Assembly: GCF_000143415.4 (NCBI RefSeq)
Contig: NW_003314277.1
Coordinates: 1,213,139 to 1,277,138, forward strand
Origin: Selaginella moellendorffii
Lineage: Eukaryota; Plantae; Lycopodiophyta
Reading direction: 5' to 3'
Length of the DNA stretch: 64,000 bases
Numbering within the stretch: the stretch's first letter is position 1; every line of letters begins with the position of its first letter. Below the pieces are notes generated by a model. That model saw only the letters and a list, made by a program, of their open reading frames with translations. It made no database searches and had not been told where the DNA came from. Positions 1-11,539 of the stretch are shown piece after piece. The position numbers and the translations under genes are program-made.

Positions 1-334
1 TGATCAATCCTCCATCTCCCATGACGCGGAGGAAGATCTCCTTCCACCCCACGGGGCCGACGGCGCAGCTACACACGGCCTCGGTGGTGAGCGACCACAG
101 CGCGCTGCAGCACTCGGCGCTGGGGGCCGGCGGCAAGATCCCGTAGAGCGACGCGGAGCACGGGACCAGCTCTTCGCGCAGCTGGAGGCATCGATCGCCG
201 TCGGGGATGGCGGGATTGGTGACGCTGCCTCCTCCTTTCTCGCCAAAGTGGCCCATGGCGCATTGGATTGTTCCAGCTCCCAGGAGCAACACAAGGATCG
301 ACCATGAGGTAGCGTTCGTTTCCCTGTGATCCAT
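1..334 (-). CDS. 8-cysteine-motif / non-specific lipid transfer protein-like (3' end outside window)
   Basis: Manual translation from ATG at 334: MDHRETNATSWSILVLLLGAGTIQCAMG...DRCLQLREELVPCSASLYGILPPAPSAECCSALWSLTTEAVCSCAV. Signal-peptide-like N-terminus and C..C..CC..CxC spacing; clear paralogue of 7478-7846. Not in the ORF track because it runs off the window. Confidence 0.75.
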   Translation of the reverse strand, partial: MDHRETNATSWSILVLLLGAGTIQCAMGHFGEKGGGSVTNPAIPDGDRCLQLREELVPCSASLYGILPPAPSAECCSALWSLTTEAVCSCAVGPVGWKEIFLRVMGDGGLI

Positions 335-787
335 CGTATGCTTTCCTTCTTTCCTTCTTTAGCGATTGTGTGTATACTTGAGAGGAGGAGTTTGAAAAAG
401 AGATAGAGAGACAGGAGAGAATGCTAGTGGTGAGCTGGCTTATAAGTAGATCTTTCGTTGGAAGTTTTGGCTTTTATTTCTCTTTGTTGTCATCTTGCTC
501 GAGAGTTTCTGGTTCCAAGTTGGTTGCTCACGCAGCATTCTTTGCTCATCGTTTAGAGATTGTTTAGTACTCGCAGCGATCAAATTGTTAAGATAGCCTT
601 CATGCGGATTGAGAGTTAGGCAAAGTGGTGCTAACCAAAAAAGAGTATTATAATACTTTTGCAGCAGCGATGTGCGACGGATTCGGCAATCTTTCCATTG
701 TGCGGTACGCAACGAACTCAAGTTGTTAGAGAAAGAATAAGTGTTTCCCAATTTTTCGACAAACGATACAAGGCTTGGGAAGTAAGT

Positions 788-1020
788 GAAGATATCAGCG
801 ACCTCTTAGCTCCGAGAAAAGATACTCTACAACAGTATGTGATTTGATTTGAGAAGGTACTTGTTTTGATCCTTTTTTCTCAGGACAAACCACTGGTGGA
901 AGACTTGCAACATACAAAACTCGGGATTTAATGAAGATTATCAGCGACCTCTTAGCTCCCGAGAGCTGGTCTCACAAATACTGTAGTATGTGATTCGACT
1001 AAAGCTTGAGAAGGTACTTG
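788..1020. repeat. Imperfect ~75-88 bp direct repeat pair
   Basis: GAAGAT(T)ATCAGCGACCTCTTAGCTCC...AGTATGTGATT...TTGAGAAGGTACTTG at ~788-862 and ~933-1020. Confidence 0.7.
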
Positions 1021-1036
1021 GATGGCTTATAGATGT

Positions 1037-3745
1037 TTATCCTATACCAGAAAGAGCTAATCCATTTCCTTCTTCCAGACCACCAACGCACACATTCCAG
1101 ACGAGTCTATACGGCCCAGAGTGCTTCGGACACAGATCCATCACCTGATCCCCAACGCTAGCTCCACGCCCGCCATCGCCTTGCGTCTTACAAGAGCTCA
1201 GCAGCGAAGTCCACGCGATATCATTCGGCTCATACGGCATCGCTTCGAGCAACTCTTGCGCCAGCAAAAGCTGCCCAGTCCGTCCCAAGATATCCACCAG
1301 GCACACGTAGTTATCCAAGATCGGAGACAAACCATAGTCGCCAACCATGGACACGAAGAACAGCCACGAGTGATACAAGAACCCGCCGTGACTGCAAGCC
1401 GAGAGCAAGTTCACGACCGTGATCTCTGTCGGCATCACACCACTCTGCACCATCTCCGTGAAGAGCTCCAAGCTTCTCCAGGGACGCCCGGACTGGGCAT
1501 AGGCGCTGATCATGATACTCCACGCCACCACCGTCTTCCTCTCGCCAAGATCATCGAAAACTCTCTCCGCGATCGCAAGACTGCCACACTTCTCGAAGAG
1601 ATTCAAGAGTCCCACCGCGACTTGGGTGTCACTGCTGTATCCACTCTCGATCGCCTTGGCGTGGATCGTTCGGGCCTCCGCGGCGGTGATCCCCCCAGCG
1701 CAGGCCTCGAGCGCTTTGAGATACGTGATCTTGTTTGGTCGCTGGCCGAGGAGATCCATGGCTTTGAAGAGATAGTGAGCTTCGCGACGATGCCCGCTAT
1801 AGGCATACGCGGAGATCATTCCAGTCCAGGAGATCACATTCCGCTCCGGCATCTGATCGAAGAGCTCTCGCGCTGGATCGCTGTGGCCGAACTGCGCGTA
1901 TCCAGTGATCATAGCGTTCCAGGCCGCGAGGTCGCGGAGTGGAAGAAGATCAAATACAACTCTCGCGGCATCCAAATGCCCGGAGAGAGCATTTGCGGAT
2001 AGGATCGCAGTCCAGGCCAGGATGTTCTTCGCGACGATGGCGTGGAACGCCGCGTCCGCCTCTTGGGCGCGCTCGCACCTCCCAAACATCATCACCAGGG
2101 ACGTCCCGACGTGAACATCGCCCGCAAAGCACGAATCGACGATGCAAGCGTGCACGACGCGGCCGAATTCGATCGAGGCGAGCGACGAGCACGCGTCCAG
2201 GATCGAGAGAAACGTCACGCGATTGGGCTGTATGCCATCTAGATCCATGATCCGGAAGCCTGCCAGCGCCTCCTCCTCGCGATCGCACAGCACCAGCGCG
2301 AGCATCACCGCGTTCCTTGACACCACATCGCCCTCCTCCATCGCCGCGAACAATCGCTCGACGCTGGCGACATTGGCGTCGTGGGCGTCGGCGATGAGCA
2401 CCGTGTTCCAGCCCACCAGATCCCTCTCGGGCATCCGATCGAGCAGCTTCTCGCCGTGGCGGGGATGCCCATTCTGGGCATACGCCGCGATCATCAGGTT
2501 CCACGAGAGGAGGGATCTCTGGGGCGTCGAATCAAACACCGCTCTCGCCTCCTCCACGCCGCCACACTTCCCATACATCGCGATGAGCCCATTCGCGACG
2601 ATCAAATTCTCCTCCATCCTCGCCGTGGCGATCCGGCGATGGATCTTCCGGCCCTCCGCGAGATCGCCCAGCGCGCCGCAGGCCTCGAGCGCGCTCACGA
2701 ACACGCATTTGTCCGGCCGGATCCCATCGCCTTCCATCGCATCGAACACTTCCAGCGCCTTCGCGGGATCTCCACTCTGATTGTAAGCCGCGATCATCGT
2801 CCCCCACGAAACGCTGTTGCGATCTTCCATGCCCAAGAACAGCTCCTCGGCGTCGCGCAAATGCCCGTTCTGGGCAAGCGCTGCGACGAGCGCGGTCGCG
2901 CACACGACATTCCTTTCCGGAATCCGGCGGAAGATCTCCACCGCCCAGTCGAGCTGCGCATTCTGCGCGTACGCCGTGATCATGGCTGTCCACGTCACCA
3001 TGTTGCGCTCTTCCATCCGATCGAACATCTCTTTCGAGCGCTCCAATCGCCGGCACTTGCCGTACATGCTAGCCAGCGCGGTGGCCACCGCGTAGTGCAT
3101 CTCTGTACCGCTCTCCCGGGCCTCCACGTGGACGGCGATGCCGTGATCGATTCTCCGCAAGCTCGAGCACGCATCGATGACGCTCACGAAGGTGATGGTG
3201 TCGGCGCGGATCCCATCCAGATCCATGAGCGCGAAGAGCTGGATCGCGGTGGCGGCGGCGCCGTTCTGCGAGTGAGCGGTGATGAGCGCCGTCCAGGAGA
3301 TCACGCTCCTGTCGCTGGGCGGCATCTGATCGAAGGTGATCCTGGCCTGCTGCAAATGCCCGTTCTGGGCAAATGCCGCGACCATGATGTTCCACGAGTA
3401 GCAGTTCCTCGCCGGGATGGAATCGAAGACGCGGCTGGCATCCGCGACGCAGCCGAATCGCCCAAACATCTGGACGAGGAGATTGAGGAGGAAGGAGTCG
3501 CGGCATCCGTGCTTGGAGATGTGGGCGTGGACGCGCCGGCCCTCGGGTACTGCCCGCGCGAGCGTGCATTGGCGGATGAGGACGGCATAGGTATCCGCGT
3601 CGGCCGCGCGATCGAGGGCTTCCAGGCGATCCAATTCCCTTCTCACGGCGTCGCCGGATCCAGATCCCGCGACGCTGCCCCTGTGTAGAAGAGGCTTCTT
3701 GTGAGGCCTGCGACTGCATTGGTGCAGCGCAAGCGTCCTTCTCAT
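1037..3745 (-). CDS. PLS-class pentatricopeptide repeat protein with C-terminal E domain, no DYW (putative organellar RNA-editing factor)
   Basis: 902-aa intronless ORF with many P/L/S repeats (e.g. VSWTALITAHSQNG, TFVSVIDACS, ALASMYGKC), ending YVCLVDILGRTGQL...MPYEPNDIAWTSLLSSCK, an E motif. Confidence 0.93.
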   Translation of the reverse strand: MRRTLALHQCSRRPHKKPLLHRGSVAGSGSGDAVRRELDRLEALDRAADADTYAVLIRQCTLARAVPEGRRVHAHISKHGCRDSFLLNLLVQMFGRFGCVADASRVFDSIPARNCYSWNIMVAAFAQNGHLQQARITFDQMPPSDRSVISWTALITAHSQNGAAATAIQLFALMDLDGIRADTITFVSVIDACSSLRRIDHGIAVHVEARESGTEMHYAVATALASMYGKCRRLERSKEMFDRMEERNMVTWTAMITAYAQNAQLDWAVEIFRRIPERNVVCATALVAALAQNGHLRDAEELFLGMEDRNSVSWGTMIAAYNQSGDPAKALEVFDAMEGDGIRPDKCVFVSALEACGALGDLAEGRKIHRRIATARMEENLIVANGLIAMYGKCGGVEEARAVFDSTPQRSLLSWNLMIAAYAQNGHPRHGEKLLDRMPERDLVGWNTVLIADAHDANVASVERLFAAMEEGDVVSRNAVMLALVLCDREEEALAGFRIMDLDGIQPNRVTFLSILDACSSLASIEFGRVVHACIVDSCFAGDVHVGTSLVMMFGRCERAQEADAAFHAIVAKNILAWTAILSANALSGHLDAARVVFDLLPLRDLAAWNAMITGYAQFGHSDPARELFDQMPERNVISWTGMISAYAYSGHRREAHYLFKAMDLLGQRPNKITYLKALEACAGGITAAEARTIHAKAIESGYSSDTQVAVGLLNLFEKCGSLAIAERVFDDLGERKTVVAWSIMISAYAQSGRPWRSLELFTEMVQSGVMPTEITVVNLLSACSHGGFLYHSWLFFVSMVGDYGLSPILDNYVCLVDILGRTGQLLLAQELLEAMPYEPNDIAWTSLLSSCKTQGDGGRGASVGDQVMDLCPKHSGPYRLVWNVCVGGLEEGNGLALSGIG

Positions 3746-3904
3746 GCCATTGGAGATAAACCCTAAACCCTTGCAAGAAGAAGGAGAATCTCAAGAATAT
3801 TCGATAAAGTGGACCATATTCGATAAACCTACATTTTTTGTTTATTCCAAATATTTAGAATATTCTTCTAAAAGAACTAGGGTTTAACGGACAAGCGCAA
3901 TGCG
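3746..3904. promoter_or_regulatory. Putative 159-bp bidirectional promoter with telo-box
   Basis: Lies between the divergent ATGs of the PPR gene (3745) and SHOC1 (3905); AAACCCTAAA at 3758-3767; AATATTCGATAAA-like motif twice. Confidence 0.5.
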
Positions 3905-6900
3905 ATGCGGCTCAGGTATCTCGACGCGGATTTCTTCGACAGGGCCGCCGAGAATGCTACTCTTGCCTGCGCAAGATCGATCCTCCATGTCTGCGTTCTC
4001 CAGCTCCAAGATTTCGATCGGCAGCAGCAGCAGCAGCGATCGCAGCTACCGGAGATCGTCCTCGGGCAAGCACAGCAGCAAATCGATGAGAGGCCGCTGC
4101 CGGAGCTAGGCGCGTGCTTGGAATCACTCCGGCCGGGCCTCCGGGACAAGCTCTTGGAGAGTCTTCTCCCGTTCAAGCTGGAATGCCGGCCGATCTTGCC
4201 AGATCAAGTCCCCAGGGCGCCGCCGACGCTGCCGTGCTTGCCGATATTCGTGCTGGAAATCCCCGAGGTTGATTCTCCGGAAGAGGATTTCTCAATCCAA
4301 GAAGAGATTTTCAGCGCGCAGCGTGAGCTCCCGCTGGAAGAAGAAGAAGAAGGAGAATTGGCTGCCTTGGATCGCCAGGCCGCGGTTCTCCACATCGAGC
4401 CTGTGGAGTTCCAGCCGGTGGTGGTCTCTCGGAATTTCCCTTCTCGCGTTTCAAGGCAGATATTCGTTCTGGAGAGCGAGGAGGTGGATTTTCCAGATCT
4501 TTTCACGTCACTGGATGGCTCTGGGATGGAAGAACACAGTGAGGAGCTGGCTTGGGATCCACAGGCTTTAGCATCAGGTCTAGCTATCCAGCCAATCGAT
4601 CTCGGGATTTTGGAGCAGCTGGTGGCACCACAGGTGTTCGAGAAGCTAGTTATCATCCCAGAGCTATCCCTGCCATACTTTCCATCTCTTGATCAGCAAG
4701 GACCGATAGAAGAATCGCTGTTTGGGAGCTCGACTCTTGGGAAAGTTTCCATGCTGGAAACTAAGCAAGTTGATATCCCTGAGGCGGGACTAGAGGAACA
4801 CACTGTCGCACAGATGGTAGACTCATTGGTCATGCAGCACGTCCAGCTCGAGTTCCTGGACAACTATATAGTGACGCCACAATTGTATGAGAAGCTGGTG
4901 CTCGTTCCAGAGCTTTCTCTACGCTGCCATCTCGTCAAGCTTTTGCCGGTTCCAGCGCTCCACTCCAGCGACAGGGAGGAAAAGGTGGAAGAATTCATTT
5001 TTGGGACTCTGGCTTCTCTTGCCAAGTACTCTCAGCCGTCCGCCACGGACTTCATATATCTGGACTGGCATCTCTCCGAAAGCAACACTTGCAATGATCA
5101 CCGGTGCTTCTACTTCAGGAGCCGTCATCTCTGGGGTCTTGTGGAGAAAATCGCCACTGCTCCAGCTCCACATCAACCAGGCAAGGAGAGCAGTAGCGTC
5201 TCTCAAGACTCAAAACTGCCACCATTGGAATTTCCCACAGAGCCCATCGGTCCGGCTAGAGTCAGCGAAGCGCACGTTTCACTCGATCTAAAGGTGCCTC
5301 TACGTGATGCTAAGCGAACCGATGCTAAGCGGCGGAGTGGCAACTTTGGAGTTCCTGGTGCAAGGCTGCCGTCGAGTCAGACATGCACGGAGATCTTCGT
5401 GGTGAACAGCAGGCTCGTCAACAAGCACGGACTGATTTCCAGGAGGAGTACGTACCAGCGAATTCTTGCTGTTGAAAAGGGGGGAGCGCAGGTGGTGGAG
5501 AGGGAACTAAGGCTACCGATCGACGTCATTCTGAGTCCTACAAAGTGCCTCGTCTTTTACAGCCCGGAGAAGCTGTGCATGCATGAACAAGCGAACAGTG
5601 TGGAGGGCGTCTCGGCGTGCATCGAGAGCATTATCGACAATGATATGAAGGCCATCAGCTTTGCCTTCCAGCAATGCATCATGGTAAGCTCTTCAGTTTG
5701 CTCCCTCTTATAACTGATATTGTATTCTCTGTCAGGTCTTTGAAGGTGACAGAAGATTCACGACTGCCGTCCTTCAAAATGTCGATGACGTCTACGCAGC
5801 AGCCGTTGGTCTCAGCATCCACGCCCAATGCTTCGTTTCCCGCGATCCGGCAAACACCGACTCGATCGTTTTGAGCTGCGTCAAGGAAGCTCAAACCAGC
5901 GCCACCTCTCGTACGTTTCCTCGAATGACAGAGTCCCCCACTGTGGCGGAAGCATTTCTGACAGAGTCGCCGGCAATCAACCCGCTCACCGCTCACGCCA
6001 TCCTATCTTCCGAGAAAACTCTCGCCGCCTTCATAGCAATGGCACCACCGGAACAGCTCGCAGCCGCGAAACCTTTCGCCATATCTTCCCAATCGCTGCA
6101 GCTCTTCAAATCCCAGTGCGAGTATGGACAAGTGGAGAGACGTGTGGGACGTGGACAAGAGAATCAGGACTTTATAGAGGGATATGGACGACAGGGTGCA
6201 GCCGAGCCTGTGGGACAGAAGGCTCCATCGTGCGGCTACAGACATGAATTCCAGTATTTTCCTCCCGCGGCCGAGCTGGACGAGGAATGGAACTCGGGGG
6301 ACCATTTCACGTCGGTTCCATACTTTCCGCCCGCCGGGCAGCTAGACGAGGACTGGGACGAGTCGCCAGCAATTCCAGCGACGCACACCTTTGAAACGGT
6401 GGCTCTCGATGACATCGAAGGGCGAGAAGGCATTGTCAGCAAGAAGTGCACGGCTAGCGGCTTTGGCTTCTCCTCAAACAGGCGCCAATCTTCGTCGTCC
6501 ACCTCCGTCAAGGACGCTTTGAAGAGTTGGCTGAGCGCTCGCGAGCAAAGCAAGAAGAATCTCAAGAGACCCCCGCCGGCAGCGCCACCTCTGATGGTGC
6601 ACGACGAAACTCCGACTCGTAGCACTTCGTCGAGGAAGAGAAAGGACGCTACTGCGAGTGTTCCTGCTGCTGCTGCTACAAAAGAAGGTGGTGGGGTTAA
6701 GAGGAAGAAGCCGAGCAACGACATCTTCACGCTGTGGGAGAACTTCAAGTACCGGAATCAGCCAGCTGCTACTCCGCTGCTCTCAACTTCCAGGAGCTTC
6801 AAGAGGCCCTCGAGCTCCATATTCTCTTCGTCGCCGGGACAGAACAACAGCTCCAGTTGCAGCGTCCAGCAGCAACACAAAGCAGGAGGGGGAGTAGCAG

Positions 6901-6938
6901 CGGGAGGAGGAAAGCGTGCAAAGCGAACCACGATTTGA
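3905..6938 (+). CDS. SHOC1: SHORTAGE IN CHIASMATA 1 (ZIP2/XPF-like meiotic crossover protein); exons 3905-5683 and 5736-6938
   Basis: N-terminus MRLRYLDADFF, YLDWHL motif and ISRRSTYQRILAVEKGGAQVVERELRLPIDVILSP match plant SHOC1 as recalled; a 52-nt GT-AG intron at 5684-5735 joins both ORFs in frame (VFEGDRRF...ESPAINPLTAHAIL). Confidence 0.85.
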
Positions 6939-7477
6939 CAACTCGGAACAAAACTTTGGAAACCAGGTTCCAATCACCAGGTTCCCGGGATCTCTCTCTT
7001 TCTCTTCGTTTTACACGTCACTCAACTGGATCAAAATGCAAATTCAATGCCAACTTCGTGTGCCAATTACAATGGGCATTAAAATCCATATGGAATTTAG
7101 AGAACCAGTAGTGGAGAAATCTCGAAAACTCTCATCCATCAACGAACACTGTGCCCTACGGATACAGATAGAATTTTCTCTTGCAATTGCAAAACGTAAG
7201 TTAGTATATAAACATAAGACTTCTAGTTTGCAAACTAGTAATAGCTTCAATACAAAATAGAAAAGGTAAAGATCAAACCCTAAAATGGAGAATCTTGTAA
7301 ATATTCGACAAAGATCTAAAATATTCGATAAAGGTCGAAAAGGTGGTAGATCTTTCAATCTTTGAAAAAGTATGGATTCCAAGTAGGTTGCTCATACTAT
7401 GTCCGAGACTTCTAGCGCGATCTTCAAAACCTCTCGCTCCACGCCAAGTTCTCCCTCGTGTTGCTCTCGCGACCAAG

Positions 7478-7846
7478 ATGACAATCCCCCAGCGCTTCTT
7501 CTGGCTGCTGTGCTGCTGCTATCTCCACTGCTGCTGCTCTTGTTTCTCGTCACCCAATCTGTGCGACCAAGTCCGGGAGGAGTTCCAGCCCTGCCTCGTC
7601 TCGGCCTTCGACATCCTGCCTCCACCGCCATCGCCAGAATGCTGCAGCGCACTCCGAGCTCTCACCCACGACGACGCCTGCGCTTGCACCACTTCCAAGC
7701 ACGTCCGCTGGAGCCAGCTCGCCTCATCGCTTCTGTACGGCCAAAGCCCCCAGATGATCCCCAACTGGCCAGCCATCGACAAAATCCCCTTCCAGTGTGG
7801 CATCCCGTCCTCCCGTTTCACGTACCGCTGCAAGAGATCCCCATAG
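7478..7846 (+). CDS. 8-cysteine-motif / non-specific lipid transfer protein-like
   Basis: ATG at 7478; Cys-rich signal peptide followed by C..C..CC..CxC..C..C (LCDQVREEFQPCL...ECCSAL...ACAC...FQCG...RC). Confidence 0.75.
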   Translation: MTIPQRFFWLLCCCYLHCCCSCFSSPNLCDQVREEFQPCLVSAFDILPPPPSPECCSALRALTHDDACACTTSKHVRWSQLASSLLYGQSPQMIPNWPAIDKIPFQCGIPSSRFTYRCKRSP

Positions 7847-8302
7847 CCAAGGAACACTAGTTAGAATAACGAACTCGTCACGCAAATCAAAATCGCTTTG
7901 TTTTTCTTTACCAGACGCTTGGTACCGATCGGGTTGAAACAAAAAATCTCTCTTTTATACATATGAACAGACAGCCACATTTCCCTGCTGCCATCAGTCC
8001 AAAAAATTGTAATTCGCAGAAAGAAATGTGAAGAAAAAAAAAAAGAGGTGCCTACATTGTCAAGCTCTCGGTTATTCACACTCGCGCAACAGCCTGGGCC
8101 TCTCCTTGACGTGAATCTTTTCGCGCACGTCCTTTCCCACCAGCTTCAAGTTCTTTATTCTGTAACAGCATTTTCAACCGCGTTAGAAACAAGCGCCGCA
8201 AACAGAAAGGGAAGAAGTAGCTCACCTAAGTCGACACAATGCCTACGTGAAGAAAGATTTTCTCCTCCCGTGCGCGCGAATGCTGTGAAGAAATCGTCCG
8301 TG

Positions 8303-11035
8303 CTATACAAATGCCCCCTGAATATCGGCCTGGAAAGACTGCTCGCTCATGTAGTGATCGAAGGCTTGGTTTCTGTTCGAGGAGAAGATACTGTCGCCAT
8401 CGCCAGGTCTCATGGAGTTCGGAACTCCCGTGCTACCCAATCCGATGCCACCTCTCTTGAACTTCGCCAAGGCCTCAGCGCTGTAACCCCCTACCCAGCT
8501 ATTATCTACTGTCGAAACGGCCCTGTAGTTCCTCGCAGAACTTGGAGAATACGGAGAGAGTGGATTGTCGTACTGCCTCGCCAAAGCACCCACGTCGCCA
8601 TGGTCTGTAGGAGGGAAAAACTGCCGAATGCCTGCTTTATGTTGAAGCCGCATCGTCCTAGAGATATCGTTCTGCAAAGGGCTTCGACCAACCGCCATAA
8701 TCGCAGGATCAATGAGATCGAATTCGTTGAGTCGGCCACCTATACAAGACATCCTGGATCGAGCATTGAGCAAATGAAAGGCGACATACCTGCAGGACTG
8801 GGGGGCATACTGCTAGAGCTCCTGAGAGAGAACCCCGGAGGAGGAACCGAAGTACCAGAGAATCCCGGCGGTGCAAACAACCGTGCCTTCATCGTAGAGG
8901 TATGCACTGAAAACAAAAGAGAAGAAATAAGTGAAAACTACTGTAGCTCACATAGCTTACCAGGATCAGCAGACGATATCGACTGGCTTCTAGAGAGCAA
9001 CGGTGCTTCCACGGGAAATCCACCCAGCGCACTCTCAAGAGCATGTTGATTGCTGGTCGACGGTTCGTAGCCTATGTCTTCCTGACGAGCGAAAGAAAAG
9101 CGTGACTGCTGCTTCCCATGAGGCTTCCAAGGAAGAGGAGACTCCAGAAAATCGTCAGCCGGCTTTGGTGTAGTTCTCCCGGTCAGGAAAAGCTTTGTCA
9201 AATCTCCTGGACTCGCACCGTCCTCACTGAAGTCCATGGTCAATATGTCAGCTATGATGTTACTTTCGGCAGGTTCGTTGCTCGTCGCTCGCGCAAGCTT
9301 TGGATCCAGAGAGCTTGAAGAACTGCTCGGCCTTGGAGTTTCTGTGTCTTGAACACCAAGGTCCAGTCTTTCTAACGCAGAGATCATGTTGCTCTCGGCA
9401 CGAGGAGGGCTCAAAATCTCGGAGCATAGTGCATGTCCATTGGGAAGATCGGAGCCAAGACTGATACTCATCTCGCCGACGTTCAACTGAACCGGACTAT
9501 CACTGGCTGCTTTCTCCTGAAAGGAGTCCCCATCATGCTGTGAATCCATAGATGATCGGTATGCATGAACAGGACTGGTGCTTTCTTGACTGGAGTCTGT
9601 TTGAGGTTCGACTTTCATGGTCTTTGCTGGTGTGTCTCGCATACCCCTGTCGAAGAATATTGTAAGTGGAAAAACAAAAAGTGGACGTCCTACCATGCAG
9701 CAGCTGGAGGAAGATTAGTCAGCTTCGGCACAGGAGAACTAGCTGGCTTTGAGACTGGAACTTTGTTCGGAGTTTGTTGACTTTGTCCCATCTGGCAAGT
9801 TAAAAAACGTCGTGAAATGATGTACAAGCTTAAAACAAACAGAATGCATACCGCAGCTGAGCAGCTCCCTTCCGCAGGTGGCGGCAAGACTCCGGCGGCC
9901 CGATGAGGCGGCCTTGTAAGATCATTAAACTGGATCTTACTGGAAGAAGCTAAAAGTCAGTGCAAGCGAAAGATGGTCAGGATCGACACATACTTGCCAT
10001 ACTTTGCAATCATCTCCTCCTTGGTATAGCTGTCCTCGTCGGGCCCCTCGTCATGCAAGTATAGACAATCCGGGTTGTTGCACGGCTTCACAAGGCGAGT
10101 CAGTAAGAGCAATCGGAAAATTAAACGAGACTCACCAAATTCTTTAGCCACGAGTTACAATACTTGTTAGTCCCGAAACAAGCTCTGCAGCCAGAAACAA
10201 ATTTATCAGTCGCGCATTACTATCTGATGATTGTAGTTCATACCTCAACAACTTTCCCTCAAAGATGCAACCATCTATAGCATTTATGCATTTCACTGCA
10301 TCATCATCTCTGACAAAAGTCACATACCTGACGAAGAATAACCTGTGTGAGTTCTCAAACACAAAAGCTGAACAAACGAAAACGTACACGCTTGCAGTGG
10401 GACCATTATGCGAATGCTGCCTAGATACCGCAACCTTCAAAATCTTGCCATACTGCCCAAAAAAATCTCGCCTCTCCAGCATCTGCTTCACACGGCATGG
10501 CGTTACCAAGACGCGAAGAACAGAGAAACAAAGTGTCACCTCTTCATCAGCGAAGTTCACCGGAAAGCCGACAATGTAGACGAGATTACGCTGTACTACT
10601 CGTACATTGCTTAGATGCTTTCTTCCCTCCTGCGTCTTCGACTTGGCCTTGTGCGATTTCCTCTTGCTGGCTGTAAACTCGAGCCTTGCAATCACAAAGA
10701 CGAGCAAAGAATCAGCCTTTTCCTCTCACAGCCTCATCTAAAGTCTAAAGTTCTTACTCGGAGCAGCTTAGCCGCGTCCCGACGACCTTGTCCTTGTCAT
10801 ATGGCGTTCGGCATGCCGGGCACCGCCCTTCGGTGTTCTCCTTGGCCGCATTTTCCATCACCTGGTGCCAGCACCACACGCAAATCTGCGAAGCACACAC
10901 ACGGATTATCGACAACGCTCCACCGATTTCTTCTTCCACAGCTCAAACCTGGTAGCCGCAGTGGCACGGCTTCAAGTGCCGGTCCGTAATATCCATCTCC
11001 TCCATGCACAGCGGGCAGTCCAAATCCTCCTCCAT
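8303..11035 (-). CDS. NOT4: CCR4-NOT subunit NOT4-like RING E3 ligase (C4C4 RING, RRM, CCCH zinc finger), multi-exon
   Basis: MEEDLDCPLCMEEMDITDRHLKPCHCGYQ|ICVWCWH...GRCPACRTPY; RRM HLSNVRVVQRNLVYIVG...FFGQYGKILKV; PCNNPDCLYLHDEG; QSRFSFARQE; many ~50-nt introns. 3' end is less certain. Confidence 0.9.
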
Positions 11036-11539
11036 CGCGACGAGCAAGCTGGAATTTCCGCGAGGAATTGCCGACGATTGCGTCGAAAAGCCCTAGGAGC
11101 CCGGCCCAAAACCCTACAGCTAGAGTGGATCTCCAAGCTCGCGCCGACTAGTCCACGACCTTTCGCGCATCCACCATCGCCGCGCCTAATCTCTCGCAGG
11201 CCACTCTTTCTTCTCAATCCCTAGCGCCTTGCCGTCCTCCTAGCGGAAAAAATAATCGTAGAAGCGGCGTTTCGAGGGCCGCGATCGTGCCACGTACGAC
11301 CAACGCATCCCGGTCGTTGATACGGCGCTTAATGCTCCTATTTGGTTAGCATGCTAAAAAAAGGCAAAACGAAGAGAGAATCGGACAGGAATGATTCCGG
11401 TTATGAGTATATTCCTCTTTCAGACTTTGACACGAAGCGAATTGTTCCTGGAAGAACACGAGATCACAAGCCTGTGGCTTTCTTGTGAGAACTCTCGCAT
11501 CGAAATCATAGAAGAACAAGATTAAACCTTACTTCTTTC

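Noticed and set aside
4-305. Two listed minus-strand ORFs (96 aa and 78 aa)
   Set aside because: Wrong frames; the third frame from ATG 334 gives the LTP-like protein
788-1020. snoRNA pair
   Set aside because: No properly spaced C and D boxes or H/ACA structure; treated as a local duplication
1121-3794. Long alternative-frame and antisense ORFs overlapping the PPR gene
   Set aside because: Shadow ORFs caused by high GC content; no recognisable domains
8048-9049. 333-aa plus-strand ORF
   Set aside because: Antisense to the NOT4 3' exons; no motifs
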